A stretch of 64,000 nucleotides of DNA from Clostridia bacterium (GTDB lineage Bacteria > Bacillota > Clostridia > Oscillospirales > CAG-272), in contig JAGBTY010000017.1 in the NCBI GenBank assembly GCA_017631085.1, positions 77,448-141,447 of the forward strand. The letters are read 5' to 3'. How positions within the stretch are numbered: the first letter of the stretch is position 1; the number at the start of each line of letters is the position of its first letter. This document shows, one piece after another, positions 48,348 through 59,192 of the stretch. Under the pieces are notes generated by a model. The model ran no database searches and had not been told where the DNA came from. It worked only from the letters and a program-made list of their open reading frames with translations. A program made the position numbers and the translations under genes.

Positions 48348-49547
48348 GTGAGACCTTTTCTTTTTTTGTTTGGATATAAGCACATGAGAGTAAAAAAACG
48401 TGACCTTGAAAGATTTATAGAGCTTTGCGGTAAAGCGGGGCTCGTATACCGAGACATGAGGTTTAGGGAGGCTTATTGCGAATTTATCTGTACCTATTTT
48501 ACTGCGCGGAGCATTATCGCGTTATCGGTCAGCCATGGGATAGAGGTCGAGACGGTGAGAGAGGCGGGAATCCCCGCGCTCTTTAGCAGATACAAAAAAA
48601 GATATGGGTTGATCATTGGCGCGGCTGCTTTCGTTTTTATAATTTTTTTGTCGTCGTCAGTCATATGGGATATAAGGATAGACGGAGAACGACGTCTTTC
48701 TGAAAAAGAGGCTAAGGAGATCCTTCGGGAGAACGGACTTTACGTAGGAAAGTTAAAAAGAGGACTTGACACCGACAAGATAGAAAATAGAACGCTTATT
48801 TTCTCCGATGATATTTCATGGATAAGTGTAAATATTACGGGAACTGTGGCAGAGGTGGAGATACGCGAGACAGAACCATTTCCCGAGGAGGACGAAAGCG
48901 ATGCGTGGGATGCGGGAAACCTCGTAGCATCGCGGGGTGGCAAGATACTTTATTTTGAGGACGTAAGAGGAAATATTGTCACCGAGGTTGGAGAGACGGT
49001 CAGCGAAGGACAGCTTCTTGTTGGAGGAGTTTACGGCTCGGAGACGTCGGGTGACCGTTATACCGTGGCGAAAGGCAGGGTGATTGCCGAGACCGAAAGA
49101 GAATTTCGAGTGGAGATACCCCTTTATTACGAGGAAAAAATGTTTACGGGGCGTATGTGGAGCGAAAAATATTTGATTTTTTTTGAAAAAGAAGTAAAAT
49201 TTTTCTCAAACTGTGGAAATTCATATAAGAGTTGTGATACAATATATAAGGAAGAGGAATATACCCCTTTAAATCCATTCGAACTCGGAGAGCTTCCCAT
49301 AGGAATAAAGACGGTCAGATATATGGAATATACGGCGGTGAGGCTTGAGAGAGCCGAGGAAACGGCGGCGGGGATGGCAAAGAGCCGTCTCGGCGAGATG
49401 ATACGCGAGGAGCTTCTCGACGGTGAGGTAATGAGCATGAGCTACGAGGGGTATATTGAAGGAGAGAATTACGTTCTTATTTGTCGCGCAAGATGCCGTG
49501 AAAATATAGCGCAAGAGGTGGAAATAGAACTGTCCTTCATAAAATAA
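48348..49547 (+). CDS. yqfD: Sporulation protein YqfD
   Basis: IWDIRIDG, ISWISVNITGTVAEVEIRE, GNLVASRGG; yqfC-yqfD-phoH synteny. Confidence 0.9.
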   Translation: MRPFLFLFGYKHMRVKKRDLERFIELCGKAGLVYRDMRFREAYCEFICTYFTARSIIALSVSHGIEVETVREAGIPALFSRYKKRYGLIIGAAAFVFIIFLSSSVIWDIRIDGERRLSEKEAKEILRENGLYVGKLKRGLDTDKIENRTLIFSDDISWISVNITGTVAEVEIRETEPFPEEDESDAWDAGNLVASRGGKILYFEDVRGNIVTEVGETVSEGQLLVGGVYGSETSGDRYTVAKGRVIAETEREFRVEIPLYYEEKMFTGRMWSEKYLIFFEKEVKFFSNCGNSYKSCDTIYKEEEYTPLNPFELGELPIGIKTVRYMEYTAVRLERAEETAAGMAKSRLGEMIREELLDGEVMSMSYEGYIEGENYVLICRARCRENIAQEVEIELSFIK

Positions 49548-49558
49548 CGGAGGTTTAG

Positions 49559-50599
49559 ATGGAGCAGGTAACAGTAAAGATAGACAACAGCGAAATAACG
49601 GCAAGGCTTTTTGGAAGCTTTGATATAAATGTGAGAATGGTCGAAAAGGCGTTTGGCGTAAAGATACACAACAGACAGGGAGAGGGAAGCGATGCTGTGG
49701 TCATAAGCGGAGAAGACAGAGAAAGTCTTCGGATGGCGTCTGATGCTGTAAGATATCTTAAAAATATGGCGAACTACAACGAGGAGCTTTCCGAGCAGCA
49801 GGTTGGGTACGTTATCAATATGGTAAGAGACGGCAAGGAAAAAGAGCTTGACGGACTTGACGGAGACTGTATATGCATAACCACTCGCGGCAGACCTATA
49901 AAGGCAAAGACGGTAGGTCAGAGACGATACGTTGAGGCTATTGAGAAAAACACCATCGTATTTGGTATAGGCCCTGCGGGAACGGGAAAGACCTTTCTTG
50001 CAGTGGCAATGGCTGTAAAGGCTTTGCGTGATAAGCAGGTGTCGAGAATAATTCTCACAAGACCAGCGATCGAGGCGGGGGAGAAGCTTGGATTTCTGCC
50101 GGGTGATCTTCAAAGCAAGATAGACCCCTATCTTCGTCCCTTGTACGACGCAATGTTCGAGATGATGGGAGCTGAGAATTATGCCCGTCAGCTTGAAAAG
50201 GGAATTATTGAAATAGCGCCTCTTGCCTACATGAGAGGTCGAACGCTTGACGATTGTTTCATAATTCTTGACGAAGCGCAGAACGCCACTCCCGAGCAGA
50301 TGAAGATGTTTCTCACAAGACTCGGAGGAGGCTCAAAGGCGGTAATAACGGGAGACCTTACCCAGACTGACCTGCCATCAGGACAGAAGAGTGGACTTTC
50401 GGTGGCTGTAAAGATACTTGCGGAGGTAGAGGACATAGCCATACACGCGTTTACCGACAGAGACGTGGTAAGACACAAGCTTGTGCAAAGAATAATTCAG
50501 GCTTATGAAAAATACGAAAAGGCGGGAGCGGAGAGACGCGCCGCTGCAGTTCAGAATAAAAAACAAGACAGACAGGAAAGGAACGGGTACGGAAGATGA
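49559..50599 (+). CDS. phoH: PhoH-family ATPase
   Basis: GPAGTGKT, LGFLPGDL, YMRGRTL, DEAQN, GDLTQTDL. Confidence 0.96.
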   Translation: MEQVTVKIDNSEITARLFGSFDINVRMVEKAFGVKIHNRQGEGSDAVVISGEDRESLRMASDAVRYLKNMANYNEELSEQQVGYVINMVRDGKEKELDGLDGDCICITTRGRPIKAKTVGQRRYVEAIEKNTIVFGIGPAGTGKTFLAVAMAVKALRDKQVSRIILTRPAIEAGEKLGFLPGDLQSKIDPYLRPLYDAMFEMMGAENYARQLEKGIIEIAPLAYMRGRTLDDCFIILDEAQNATPEQMKMFLTRLGGGSKAVITGDLTQTDLPSGQKSGLSVAVKILAEVEDIAIHAFTDRDVVRHKLVQRIIQAYEKYEKAGAERRAAAVQNKKQDRQERNGYGR

Positions 50600-51081
50600 A
50601 GCCAAAGACAATGATATATTTTATGAACGATCAGGATAAAAATGAGATAAGCTATAAGCTCAAAATGCTTATGCGCAGTGCGGTGGTTGCAACTCTTGCG
50701 TATGAGAATTTTCACAACGACTGTCAGGTGTCCCTGACATTTACCGACAATGAGGGTATAAAGAAGCTTAATAGCGAATTCAGAGGGATAGACTCTGCCA
50801 CCGATGTGCTCTCATTTCCTCTTATTGATTTCTGCGGAGGTGAAGAGCCGCCTGCAGACGAGCATGAGATAATGCTCGGAGATATAGTTATCTCTCTCCA
50901 GCGTGCAGAGGAGCAGGCGAAGGAATTCGGACACAGCTTCGAGCGAGAGGCGGCATTCCTTTGCGTTCATTCCATGCTTCACCTCCTTGGTTATGACCAC
51001 GTAGACAGCGAGGAGGACGACCTTGAAATGAGAAGAAGACAGAGCGAGATACTTGATAGTATTGGACTTTCGGTAAAATAA
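50596..51081 (+). CDS. ybeY: rRNA maturation RNase YbeY
   Basis: ATDVLSFP, HSMLHLLGYDH. Confidence 0.96.
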   Translation: MKPKTMIYFMNDQDKNEISYKLKMLMRSAVVATLAYENFHNDCQVSLTFTDNEGIKKLNSEFRGIDSATDVLSFPLIDFCGGEEPPADEHEIMLGDIVISLQRAEEQAKEFGHSFEREAAFLCVHSMLHLLGYDHVDSEEDDLEMRRRQSEILDSIGLSVK

Positions 51082-51094
51082 GGAGAGATAGGAC

Positions 51095-51982
51095 ATGAAA
51101 AGAACGGGATTTATTGCAATAGTAGGACGTCCAAACGTAGGAAAATCAACTCTGCTCAATTCCTTTTTGGGTGAGAAGGTGGCAATAGTATCGAATAAGC
51201 CACAGACTACGAGAAACAGAATAACGGGAATATGTACAAAGGGCGAGGATCAGTATGTTTTCCTTGATACACCCGGTATGCACGAGCCGAAGAATCGACT
51301 TGGTGAATTTATGGTAAAGGAAGCCGACTCCTCAATGAGAAGCGCAGATGCGGTAATTCTCGTAGTAGACGTTGCCAAGGAGGTAACGGCAGTCGAGAAG
51401 AACGTTATCGATTTTCTGAAAAAGAGCGAGACACCAAGTGTTCTCGCAATAAACAAGATAGATATGTGTCAGCGAGAGGAGCTTGCCGAGAAGATAAGCG
51501 AATATGCGGCGTTGCATGATTTTGACGCCTTTGTACCGATATGCGCGAAGAACGGAAAGAACGTGGATGAGGTTCTCGGAGAATGCTCGAAATTCCTCTC
51601 GGAATCTCAGTGGTTCTTTCCCGAGGACATGATAACCGACCAGCCCGAGAGACAGATAGCTGCCGAGATAATAAGAGAAAAGATACTCAGAACTCTCAAC
51701 AAGGAGGTACCTCACGGAACAGCGGTAGTCATAGAGGAATTTAAGGACGAGGGAACTCTTGTCAGTATCAGAGCCGAGATATTCTGCGAAAAAACTTCTC
51801 ATAAGGGAATAATCGTTGGCAAGGGTGGTGCGTCGCTGAAGCTTATCGGAAGCTATGCGAGAGCGGACCTTGAAAAGCTTCTCGGTACAAAGGTATATCT
51901 TAACCTTTGGGTAAAGGTAAAAGAAAACTGGAGAGAAAGCGCGAATACTGTAGGAAACTTCGGATACAGAAGCGAAGAGTGA
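51095..51982 (+). CDS. era: GTPase Era
   Basis: GRPNVGKSTL, DTPG, NKID, KH domain GIIVGKGG, WVKVKENWR. Confidence 0.97.
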   Translation: MKRTGFIAIVGRPNVGKSTLLNSFLGEKVAIVSNKPQTTRNRITGICTKGEDQYVFLDTPGMHEPKNRLGEFMVKEADSSMRSADAVILVVDVAKEVTAVEKNVIDFLKKSETPSVLAINKIDMCQREELAEKISEYAALHDFDAFVPICAKNGKNVDEVLGECSKFLSESQWFFPEDMITDQPERQIAAEIIREKILRTLNKEVPHGTAVVIEEFKDEGTLVSIRAEIFCEKTSHKGIIVGKGGASLKLIGSYARADLEKLLGTKVYLNLWVKVKENWRESANTVGNFGYRSEE

Positions 51983-52104
51983 CTATCTTCGGTTGCAACA
52001 AGTCTTTGCGGAAAATCCGATCCGGCTCGCTAGCGGAGGGGATCGCTCCTCCCGCAAGAGAGCCTTAAACACAAAAACAAACCAAGAAAAAGAGGGGATA
52101 GCCG

Positions 52105-52890
52105 ATGAGCAACAAAGCGGTAGCGGACGGACTGATAATTCGGTCATATGCTTTGGGAAATGACAAAATACTTACCGTGCTTACTAAGGACGGACGGATA
52201 AGCATCATTGCCAAGGGTGCTACGACTCCCAGAAGCAAGCTGTTGGCGGCTACAAATCTCTTTTCCTACGGAAACTTTGAGTTTTACGAAAAAAACGGCA
52301 AGAAATGGCTGTCGAACGGTTCGATAAAGGAGAAATTTTCGGGAGTATATAATGATATACAAAGTCTGGCTCTTGCTTCCTACATAGTTGAGCTTGCAGT
52401 GGAGATAAGCGGTGAGGAGTGTGAGGCGTCCGAGCTTCTGGCTATGACTCTGAATACTCTTTACGTAATAGCCAACAGACTGAAGCCCGTGGACGTGATA
52501 AAAGCGGTATACGAGCTTTTCGCAGTTGACATATCCGGCTTTGCTCCTGACCTTTCGGGTTGCATCAGATGCGGAGGAACAGAGGGGAACGGGTTTTGGC
52601 TTGACGTTATGAACGGAGGAATCATTTGTGAGAGGTGTATGAGCCGTAGTGGTGGAATAGAAAACACCGCAGAGCTTGATCCTCTTGATACGAGAAATAT
52701 TTTGCTCCCTATTGACGCGTCCTCTTTAAGCGCGATGAGGTATTGCTTCAGAGCGTTGCCCAAAAGAAAATTCGCGTTTGAGCTGTCGGGCGGTGAAAGT
52801 CTTGCGAAATTCACAAGGGCATGTGAGGTATATCTTGTAAATCATCTTGAAAAATGCATATCACCTCTTGAATTTTATAGAAAAATGTAA
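52105..52890 (+). CDS. recO: DNA repair protein RecO
   Basis: DKILTVLTKDGRISIIAKGA, Zn finger CIRC..CERC; follows era. Confidence 0.92.
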   Translation: MSNKAVADGLIIRSYALGNDKILTVLTKDGRISIIAKGATTPRSKLLAATNLFSYGNFEFYEKNGKKWLSNGSIKEKFSGVYNDIQSLALASYIVELAVEISGEECEASELLAMTLNTLYVIANRLKPVDVIKAVYELFAVDISGFAPDLSGCIRCGGTEGNGFWLDVMNGGIICERCMSRSGGIENTAELDPLDTRNILLPIDASSLSAMRYCFRALPKRKFAFELSGGESLAKFTRACEVYLVNHLEKCISPLEFYRKM

Positions 52891-52933
52891 TTTCAACCGA
52901 TATTTATAATAATTGACAAATATAGGATAGAAA

Positions 52934-55318
52934 ATGAAAATAACCGAAAAAACATTAAAGACACTTGAATTTGATAAAATAAGGCAGATGCTTTCGGATG
53001 TTTGTCCTACCGAGGGGGCATCAAAGCATGCTTTGTCTTTAAATCCTACAGATAGAGAAGACCTGGTAAGACAGAGACAGAGACGTACTACCGATGCAAG
53101 AAGGCTGTCTGACGCAAAGGGTATGCCATCGTTCGGGCAGGTCACTGATATAGAAGATGTTTGTGAGAGAGCTCTCAAGGGAGCTATTCTTACTCCAAGA
53201 GAGTTGCTTGACGTAGCGACTGTATTGAGAAGCTCAAGAATGCTTCTCGAGTATATTCGCTCAAACAAGCTTTTTGATACGGTACTTGACGAAATATTCG
53301 AAAGACTTATTCCAAATCGTCAGCTTGAGGACAGAATAAGCCGTTCCATAATATCAGAAGAACTTATTTCGGACGAAGCAAGTCCTACCCTCTCGGAGAT
53401 AAGACGAAAGATAAGAGCAGGTAATGCAAAGATAAAGGAAACACTTGCAAAATATATAGGTGGCTCTTACTCTAAATATCTGCAGGAAAATATAGTTACC
53501 CAACGAGGCGGCCGCTATGTTATTCCCGTAAAAGCAGAATGCAGAAACGATATAAAAGGACTTATACACGACACGTCCTCATCCGGAGCTACTATTTTCG
53601 TAGAGCCAATGGCAGTTGTAGAAGCCAACAATGAGCTAAGAATGCTTGAGGCAAAAGAGGCTCATGAGATAGAAAGAATACTCGGAGAGCTTTCGGAGCT
53701 TGTTGGGAGTATCGCGCCAAGCCTTTCGCTTAATTACAGAAACATAACCGAGCTTGCTTTCATTTTCGGTTGCGGAGAGCTTTCAAGGAAAATGGAAGCG
53801 GTAGAGCCGAGTATCAATGAAGCAAAAAGGGAGTGTACGCTTATACGGGCAAGGCACCCTCTTATAGATAAAAAGCAGGTAGTGCCCATAAGCTTTGACA
53901 TAGGAAATGAATACGATACACTTATAATTACCGGACCTAATACCGGCGGAAAAACTGTAACACTGAAAACCCTTGGACTTTTCGCCGCTATGGCACAGTC
54001 GGGACTTCATATTCCCGCAGATGAGGGAAGTGGGCTTTGCATTTTTGAAAAAATACTTGTTGACCTCGGTGACGAGCAGAGCATAGAGCAGTCCCTCTCC
54101 ACCTTCTCGTCTCACATGGTGAGTATTGTTTCGATGATCGAGGAGAAAAACGAACGATCTCTGGTGCTTTTTGACGAGCTTGGTGCGGGAACAGATCCGG
54201 TTGAGGGTGCGGCACTCGCAGTAGCTATTATTGAGGATGTAAGAGCTGCGGGAGCTTTCTGTCTTGCTACTACTCACTATACCGAGCTCAAGACTTATGC
54301 TATGGATACCGATGGGGTGTGTAATGCCTCCTGCGAGTTTGATGTGGAGACATTGAAGCCTACCTATAAGCTGATAATAGGAACACCGGGTAAATCTAAC
54401 GCCTTTGCCATTTCGGAAAAGCTTGGACTTCCCGAAAGGATAATAAAAAGAGCCTCGTCATATGTTGGAAGCGACTCAAAGCAGCTTGAGCGAATACTCG
54501 GTGAGCTTGAGGAAACAAGGCAGGCTGCAGAGAAAGAAAGACTCCAATCAATACGTGAACGTGAGGAATACGAGAGCTTTAAAAAAGAAGCAGAAGCAGA
54601 GTTGAAAAAGAGACTTGAGGCTTCTGAAAAAGAGACGGAGAGAGCTTCGAGAAAAGCGAGGGAGATGGTAGACAGTGCCAGGGCCACCTCCGACTTTATC
54701 ATGGAGCAGCTTGAAAAGGTCAAAAAAGAGAGAGAGTCTCAAAAGCTCGGAGAGGAGCTTGAAAAGGCTCGACGCGAGATAAGAGAAAATCTCAGAATAT
54801 ACGGAGATAAGTTTGATCCCGTTGAGGATAGAGTGATCGAGAATTACAAGCTGCCGAGAGCACTCAAGCGCGGAGACGAAGTATTTATAGTGAGTCTCGG
54901 AAAGAGAGCAATACTTACTGAAGATCCTGTCGGCTCAAAGGTAGAGGTTCAGGCGGGAATAATCAAGACAAGAGTAAAGGTATCAGACCTTCAGCTTGTT
55001 GAAAACGAGGTCACAGTCTCAAGCAACGGCAAAAAGAAAAAGACGTCGGAATATAAGGTTACGGTAAGTCGCGATTTCAGAGACGAGATAGATCTCAGAG
55101 GAATGACGGGTGACGAGGCGTGGAGCGCTGTGGATAAATATTTTGACGAAGCGGCTATGGCAGGATTTCATAACGTCAGACTAATTCACGGAAAGGGAAC
55201 GGGCGCACTGCGAAACGCCATTTGGGGTTATCTTAAATCCGACAAGCGAGTAGCTACTTTCAGGATAGGTCGTTTCGGAGAGGGAGACGGCGGAGTTACT
55301 GTCGTAGAGCTGAAATGA
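52934..55318 (+). CDS. mutS2: Endonuclease MutS2
   Basis: ITGPNTGGKT, QSLSTFSSHM, DELGAGTDP, C-terminal Smr IHGKGTG. Confidence 0.97.
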   Translation: MKITEKTLKTLEFDKIRQMLSDVCPTEGASKHALSLNPTDREDLVRQRQRRTTDARRLSDAKGMPSFGQVTDIEDVCERALKGAILTPRELLDVATVLRSSRMLLEYIRSNKLFDTVLDEIFERLIPNRQLEDRISRSIISEELISDEASPTLSEIRRKIRAGNAKIKETLAKYIGGSYSKYLQENIVTQRGGRYVIPVKAECRNDIKGLIHDTSSSGATIFVEPMAVVEANNELRMLEAKEAHEIERILGELSELVGSIAPSLSLNYRNITELAFIFGCGELSRKMEAVEPSINEAKRECTLIRARHPLIDKKQVVPISFDIGNEYDTLIITGPNTGGKTVTLKTLGLFAAMAQSGLHIPADEGSGLCIFEKILVDLGDEQSIEQSLSTFSSHMVSIVSMIEEKNERSLVLFDELGAGTDPVEGAALAVAIIEDVRAAGAFCLATTHYTELKTYAMDTDGVCNASCEFDVETLKPTYKLIIGTPGKSNAFAISEKLGLPERIIKRASSYVGSDSKQLERILGELEETRQAAEKERLQSIREREEYESFKKEAEAELKKRLEASEKETERASRKAREMVDSARATSDFIMEQLEKVKKERESQKLGEELEKARREIRENLRIYGDKFDPVEDRVIENYKLPRALKRGDEVFIVSLGKRAILTEDPVGSKVEVQAGIIKTRVKVSDLQLVENEVTVSSNGKKKKTSEYKVTVSRDFRDEIDLRGMTGDEAWSAVDKYFDEAAMAGFHNVRLIHGKGTGALRNAIWGYLKSDKRVATFRIGRFGEGDGGVTVVELK

Positions 55319-55505
55319 TATTTAAGGGATATGGGGAAACTTTTTTATAAAGTTTCCCCATAATAATTGCTACTAAAAATAAAGGTCAAAAATTATCGAA
55401 AAATTTCTCAAGGTACTTGTTAAAAAAGAAAAAATGTGTTATAATAAAGGCAATCGGAGAGTTCGTACTACTTTTCGACACGCGGATAAAACAATATGAA
55501 TATAA

Positions 55506-56681
55506 ATGGCAAAAAAGAGTGCAGGGGGTTACAAAATGAAAGAATCACAATATGCAGAGCTTAGTGTTATCGGTATGAAGGGTTGCGAGGAATTCGCGTC
55601 TCAGGTGGACTACTACCTCAAGGAGTGGAGACGCCACGGAGGAGACGAATCCTTTTTAGTAAATGTTGACTGCCCAAGATTTGGTACAGGCGAGGCAAAG
55701 GGACTCTTGCACCATTCGCTCAGAGGACACGATCTCTACATAATCTGCGATATGTTCAACCACGGAGTTAAGTATAAGATGTACGGTCAGGAAGTGCCTA
55801 TGAGTCCTGATGACCACTATGCCGACCTTAAGAGAATAATTTCAGCAGCAATGGGAAAGACTCGCAGAATAACCGTAATAATGCCTATGCTTTACGAGGG
55901 TAGACAGCACAAGAGAAGCGGAAGAGAGTCTCTCGACTGTGCGTATATGCTTCAGGAGCTGGTTGCGATGGGAGTCAGCAATATCATAACCTTTGACGCA
56001 CACGACCCAAGAGTTCAGAATGCTATCCCTCTTTCAGGCTTTGATGACGTAAGACCTACATACCAAATGATAAAATCGCTCGTCAAAAACGTTCCCGATG
56101 TTGTGATCGATAAGGAAGAGCTTATGATAATTTCTCCTGACGAGGGCGCAATGGGAAGATGTATGTACTTCTCGTCGGTTCTCGGACTTGACATTGGTAT
56201 GTTCTATAAGCGCCGCAACTATTCTGTGGTCGTAAACGGAAGAAACCCCATTGAAGCACACGAGTACCTCGGAAAAGACCTTACGGGTAAGGACGTTATA
56301 ATCGTTGACGATATGATAGCATCAGGAGAGTCACTTATCGACGTAGCTCTTCAGCTCAAGGAAAAGGGAGCAAAGAGAATATTTGCGTTTGCTACATTCG
56401 GACTCTTTACCGACGGCCCTGAAAAATTCGACAAGGCACATGCAGATGGAATAATAGATAAGGTATTTACCACTAACCTCGTATACCGCCGTCCCGAACT
56501 CTTCTCGAGAGAATGGTACGTTGAGGTAAATATGTGTAAGTATGTTGCGTATATTGTAGACACACTTAACCACGACGAAACCCTTAGCGAACTTCTCAAT
56601 CCCGTTAAGAGAATTCACAATCTTGTCGATAAGCACAAAAAGGGACATGATACTCAAATCAAGATGAGCTTTGACAACTAA
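55506..56681 (+). CDS. prs: Ribose-phosphate pyrophosphokinase
   Basis: PRFGTGEAK, DAHDPRVQN, SPDEG, VDDMIASG; start may be 55536. Confidence 0.93.
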   Translation: MAKKSAGGYKMKESQYAELSVIGMKGCEEFASQVDYYLKEWRRHGGDESFLVNVDCPRFGTGEAKGLLHHSLRGHDLYIICDMFNHGVKYKMYGQEVPMSPDDHYADLKRIISAAMGKTRRITVIMPMLYEGRQHKRSGRESLDCAYMLQELVAMGVSNIITFDAHDPRVQNAIPLSGFDDVRPTYQMIKSLVKNVPDVVIDKEELMIISPDEGAMGRCMYFSSVLGLDIGMFYKRRNYSVVVNGRNPIEAHEYLGKDLTGKDVIIVDDMIASGESLIDVALQLKEKGAKRIFAFATFGLFTDGPEKFDKAHADGIIDKVFTTNLVYRRPELFSREWYVEVNMCKYVAYIVDTLNHDETLSELLNPVKRIHNLVDKHKKGHDTQIKMSFDN

Positions 56682-56780
56682 TAAAAATATTACAAAAAAG
56701 GACATTTCAAAATGTCCTTTTTTTTAACTTTTTTGTCGAAAGCCATTGATTTTCCAAACGATGTATGATAAAATAAAAGC

Positions 56781-57668
56781 ATGAACGAAAAAAATAAAAC
56801 ATCAGACTCAATATTTAAGCTTGACATAGGAGATGTCAGAGTTTCGGTGGTCAGATCCGATGGAAGTTTTAAAACGAGCCACGTGGATTCGGCGTCACGC
56901 AATGATTCTACACATTGGCTCAAAACTATCCATTCTCATGCGGGTTACGAGGTGTTCTTCATCTTAAACGGCAATCTCGACGTATACACAGAGGAGGGTA
57001 CGGATAGCTATTCGCGTAAGGTAGTGATAATACCGCCGGGATTCAATCATTATACCCTGTCAAATGACAATAAATGCTATGTTTTGCTTTTTAGCATTTC
57101 ACCGATTCAGAACAGAAGTGACGAGCAGTTCAGAAAGATCAGCAAATCTACTTTGGGTAATATTCTTGTGATGCCTATTTCTTCAAACGTGGAATTTTAC
57201 GTGAGAAGACTGTCGGAAGCATTTGGAAGCGGAGAGTCTTACGACAAGGAATATATAGAGCCGCTTTTGACACTTGCGTTCCACGAAATATTCAAGTCGG
57301 TTTATACGGGAGAATCCGTATCTGCCGAACAGAACGAGACAAGAAGCAAGAAGGCAAGTCATTCGAGATACGTCAGTCTTATAGAAGCATACGTACAGAA
57401 GAATTATGCCGAAAGGATAAACCTTTCAACACTTGCAGGTGAGCTGTATCTCAGTACCAAACAAGTGTCGAGAATTATCAAAAAGGAATATGACTGCACC
57501 TTTTCCGAGCTTATTAACAGAAAAAGAATGTCTGCAGCGTGTATGCTTCTTAAAAACACTGATATGAAGATAAGTGATATAATAAAGCAGCTTAATTACA
57601 CGTCTGAAAATTACTTTTACGTGCTCTTTAAGAAATATTACGGGGTATCTCCGAGAAATTACAGATAG
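56781..57668 (+). CDS. AraC-family transcriptional regulator
   Basis: HSHAGYEVF cupin; C-terminal YFYVLFKKYYGVSPRNYR. Confidence 0.9.
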   Translation: MNEKNKTSDSIFKLDIGDVRVSVVRSDGSFKTSHVDSASRNDSTHWLKTIHSHAGYEVFFILNGNLDVYTEEGTDSYSRKVVIIPPGFNHYTLSNDNKCYVLLFSISPIQNRSDEQFRKISKSTLGNILVMPISSNVEFYVRRLSEAFGSGESYDKEYIEPLLTLAFHEIFKSVYTGESVSAEQNETRSKKASHSRYVSLIEAYVQKNYAERINLSTLAGELYLSTKQVSRIIKKEYDCTFSELINRKRMSAACMLLKNTDMKISDIIKQLNYTSENYFYVLFKKYYGVSPRNYR

Positions 57669-57690
57669 TTACAAGGGAAATCCAAAGAAA

Positions 57691-58263
57691 ATGAAAAAGA
57701 CCGTATGGAAAGGCGGAGCTCTTGTAGCTCCCGTGCCGCCCTGCATGGTAAGTTGCGGCGATGGCGAAAATTCAAACATAATAACTGTAGCGTGGACGGG
57801 AATAATAAACACCGTACCGCCAAAGACCTATATATCGGTAAGACCGACAAGACACTCTTACGGTCTTATAAAGGAGAGTGGGGAATTTGTTATAAACCTG
57901 ACGCCCGCCTCGCTTGTCAGAGCAGCTGATAGTTGCGGTGTGTATACGGGAGCAAAGGTGGACAAATTCAAGAAATTCGGACTTACAAAAGAGGAAGCAT
58001 CAGAGGTAAAGTGCCCTCTCATATCTGAAAGCCCTTTGTCTCTTGAATGTAAGGTTACAGAAATAATTCCTCTCGGCTCGCATGACATGTTCCTTGCTGA
58101 TGTGGTTGCTGTTGACGTTGATCCGTCGCTTATCGACGACAAAGGAAAGCTCCGGCTTGACAAGGCAGGACTTGCTGCCTTTGCTCACGGAGATTACTTT
58201 GAGCTTGGCAGAAAAATAGGAAGCTTTGGCTTTTCGGTAAGAAAAAAGAATAAACGGAAATAA
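57691..58263 (+). CDS. Flavin reductase family protein (flavoredoxin-like)
   Basis: PVPPCMVSC, NIITVAWTG, LGSHDMF. Confidence 0.9.
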   Translation: MKKTVWKGGALVAPVPPCMVSCGDGENSNIITVAWTGIINTVPPKTYISVRPTRHSYGLIKESGEFVINLTPASLVRAADSCGVYTGAKVDKFKKFGLTKEEASEVKCPLISESPLSLECKVTEIIPLGSHDMFLADVVAVDVDPSLIDDKGKLRLDKAGLAAFAHGDYFELGRKIGSFGFSVRKKNKRK

Positions 58264-58327
58264 AAATAACGCGAAGCCGTTTCAAGTGCTTCGCGTTGTT
58301 TTTTATTTGTGAGCGATGTTAGTTGAA

Positions 58328-58537
58328 CTATCTGTCGTATGGCTTTCGCACGTCGGTGAGACCAAGAATATAGTCTGTTGATGTCTTGTAATATCTTGCA
58401 AGTGCAATTAAAAAATCAAGAGGGAGTTGTCTTTGCCCGTTTTCATATTGGGAATAAGTATTTTGCTTTATATGAAGAAGCTCGGCTATTTCTTTTTGCG
58501 TTTTGTCTGCGTCTTCTCTAAGGTCTCTGATCCTCAT
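58328..58537 (-). CDS. Small XRE-family HTH regulator
   Basis: MRIRDLREDADKTQKEIA..YSQYENG..STDYILGLTD. Confidence 0.9.
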   Translation of the reverse strand: MRIRDLREDADKTQKEIAELLHIKQNTYSQYENGQRQLPLDFLIALARYYKTSTDYILGLTDVRKPYDR

Positions 58538-58580
58538 TTCTTATACCTCCAAAAATGCTTCTGTAAAATAATTATATGAA

Positions 58581-58625
58581 ATCTCATAATGAGATATTGA
58601 CAAATATCTCAATTTGTGATAAAAT
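58581..58625. promoter_or_regulatory. Two ATCTCA-N3-TGAGAT operators overlapping a sigmaA promoter
   Basis: ATCTCATAATGAGAT at 58581, ATCTCAATTTGTGAT at 58606; TTGACA(58597)-17-TAAAAT(58620). Confidence 0.75.
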
Positions 58626-58657
58626 AATCTTGCAAAATAATTTTTGGAGGTTATTTT

Positions 58658-58963
58658 ATGAAATTTTGTTCGCATTGCGGAAAAGAAATTGTAGATGAGG
58701 CAATTGTTTGTCCACATTGTGGCTGTAGCGTTGTTTTAAATGATGTTAAAGGTCTTGAGCCTGACGAGATAAGTGTAGGATTTTGTATCCTGTCTGCGCT
58801 TATTCCTTTATTCGGGTTAATATATTGGGGAGTGAAGCATAAAGATACTCCAAGGAAAGCCAAGGCGTGTGGGATTACAGCCTTGATATCTTGGGGCGTG
58901 GGGCTGATCATATCCATTGCATCATGCGCTTCAATGTTGTCTATCTTAGGAATGTATTTCTGA
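58658..58963 (+). CDS. Zinc-ribbon membrane protein
   Basis: FCSHCG..CPHCG followed by two TM helices. Confidence 0.85.
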   Translation: MKFCSHCGKEIVDEAIVCPHCGCSVVLNDVKGLEPDEISVGFCILSALIPLFGLIYWGVKHKDTPRKAKACGITALISWGVGLIISIASCASMLSILGMYF

Positions 58964-59192
58964 ATCAAAAAAGACCGTACCATTGATTTTGGTACGGTCC
59001 TTTTTTGTCGTATAATTGAAAAACGTGGAATTCTTAGTTGATTTTACCGAAACTAATATTGTTAACGTCGAACAAGGTCGATAAAAAAATGAAATACGAT
59101 GAAGAATTTTTAAAAATGATACTAAAAACGACAAAGCTTTCATATACTTTTTGATAAAATATCCGTAACAGGTAAAACGGAGGTCAAAAGAA

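Noticed and set aside
47967-48383. N-terminal extension of the 488-aa ylbJ ORF
   Set aside because: Overlaps yqfC on the opposite strand; the RBS-led start is at 47966.
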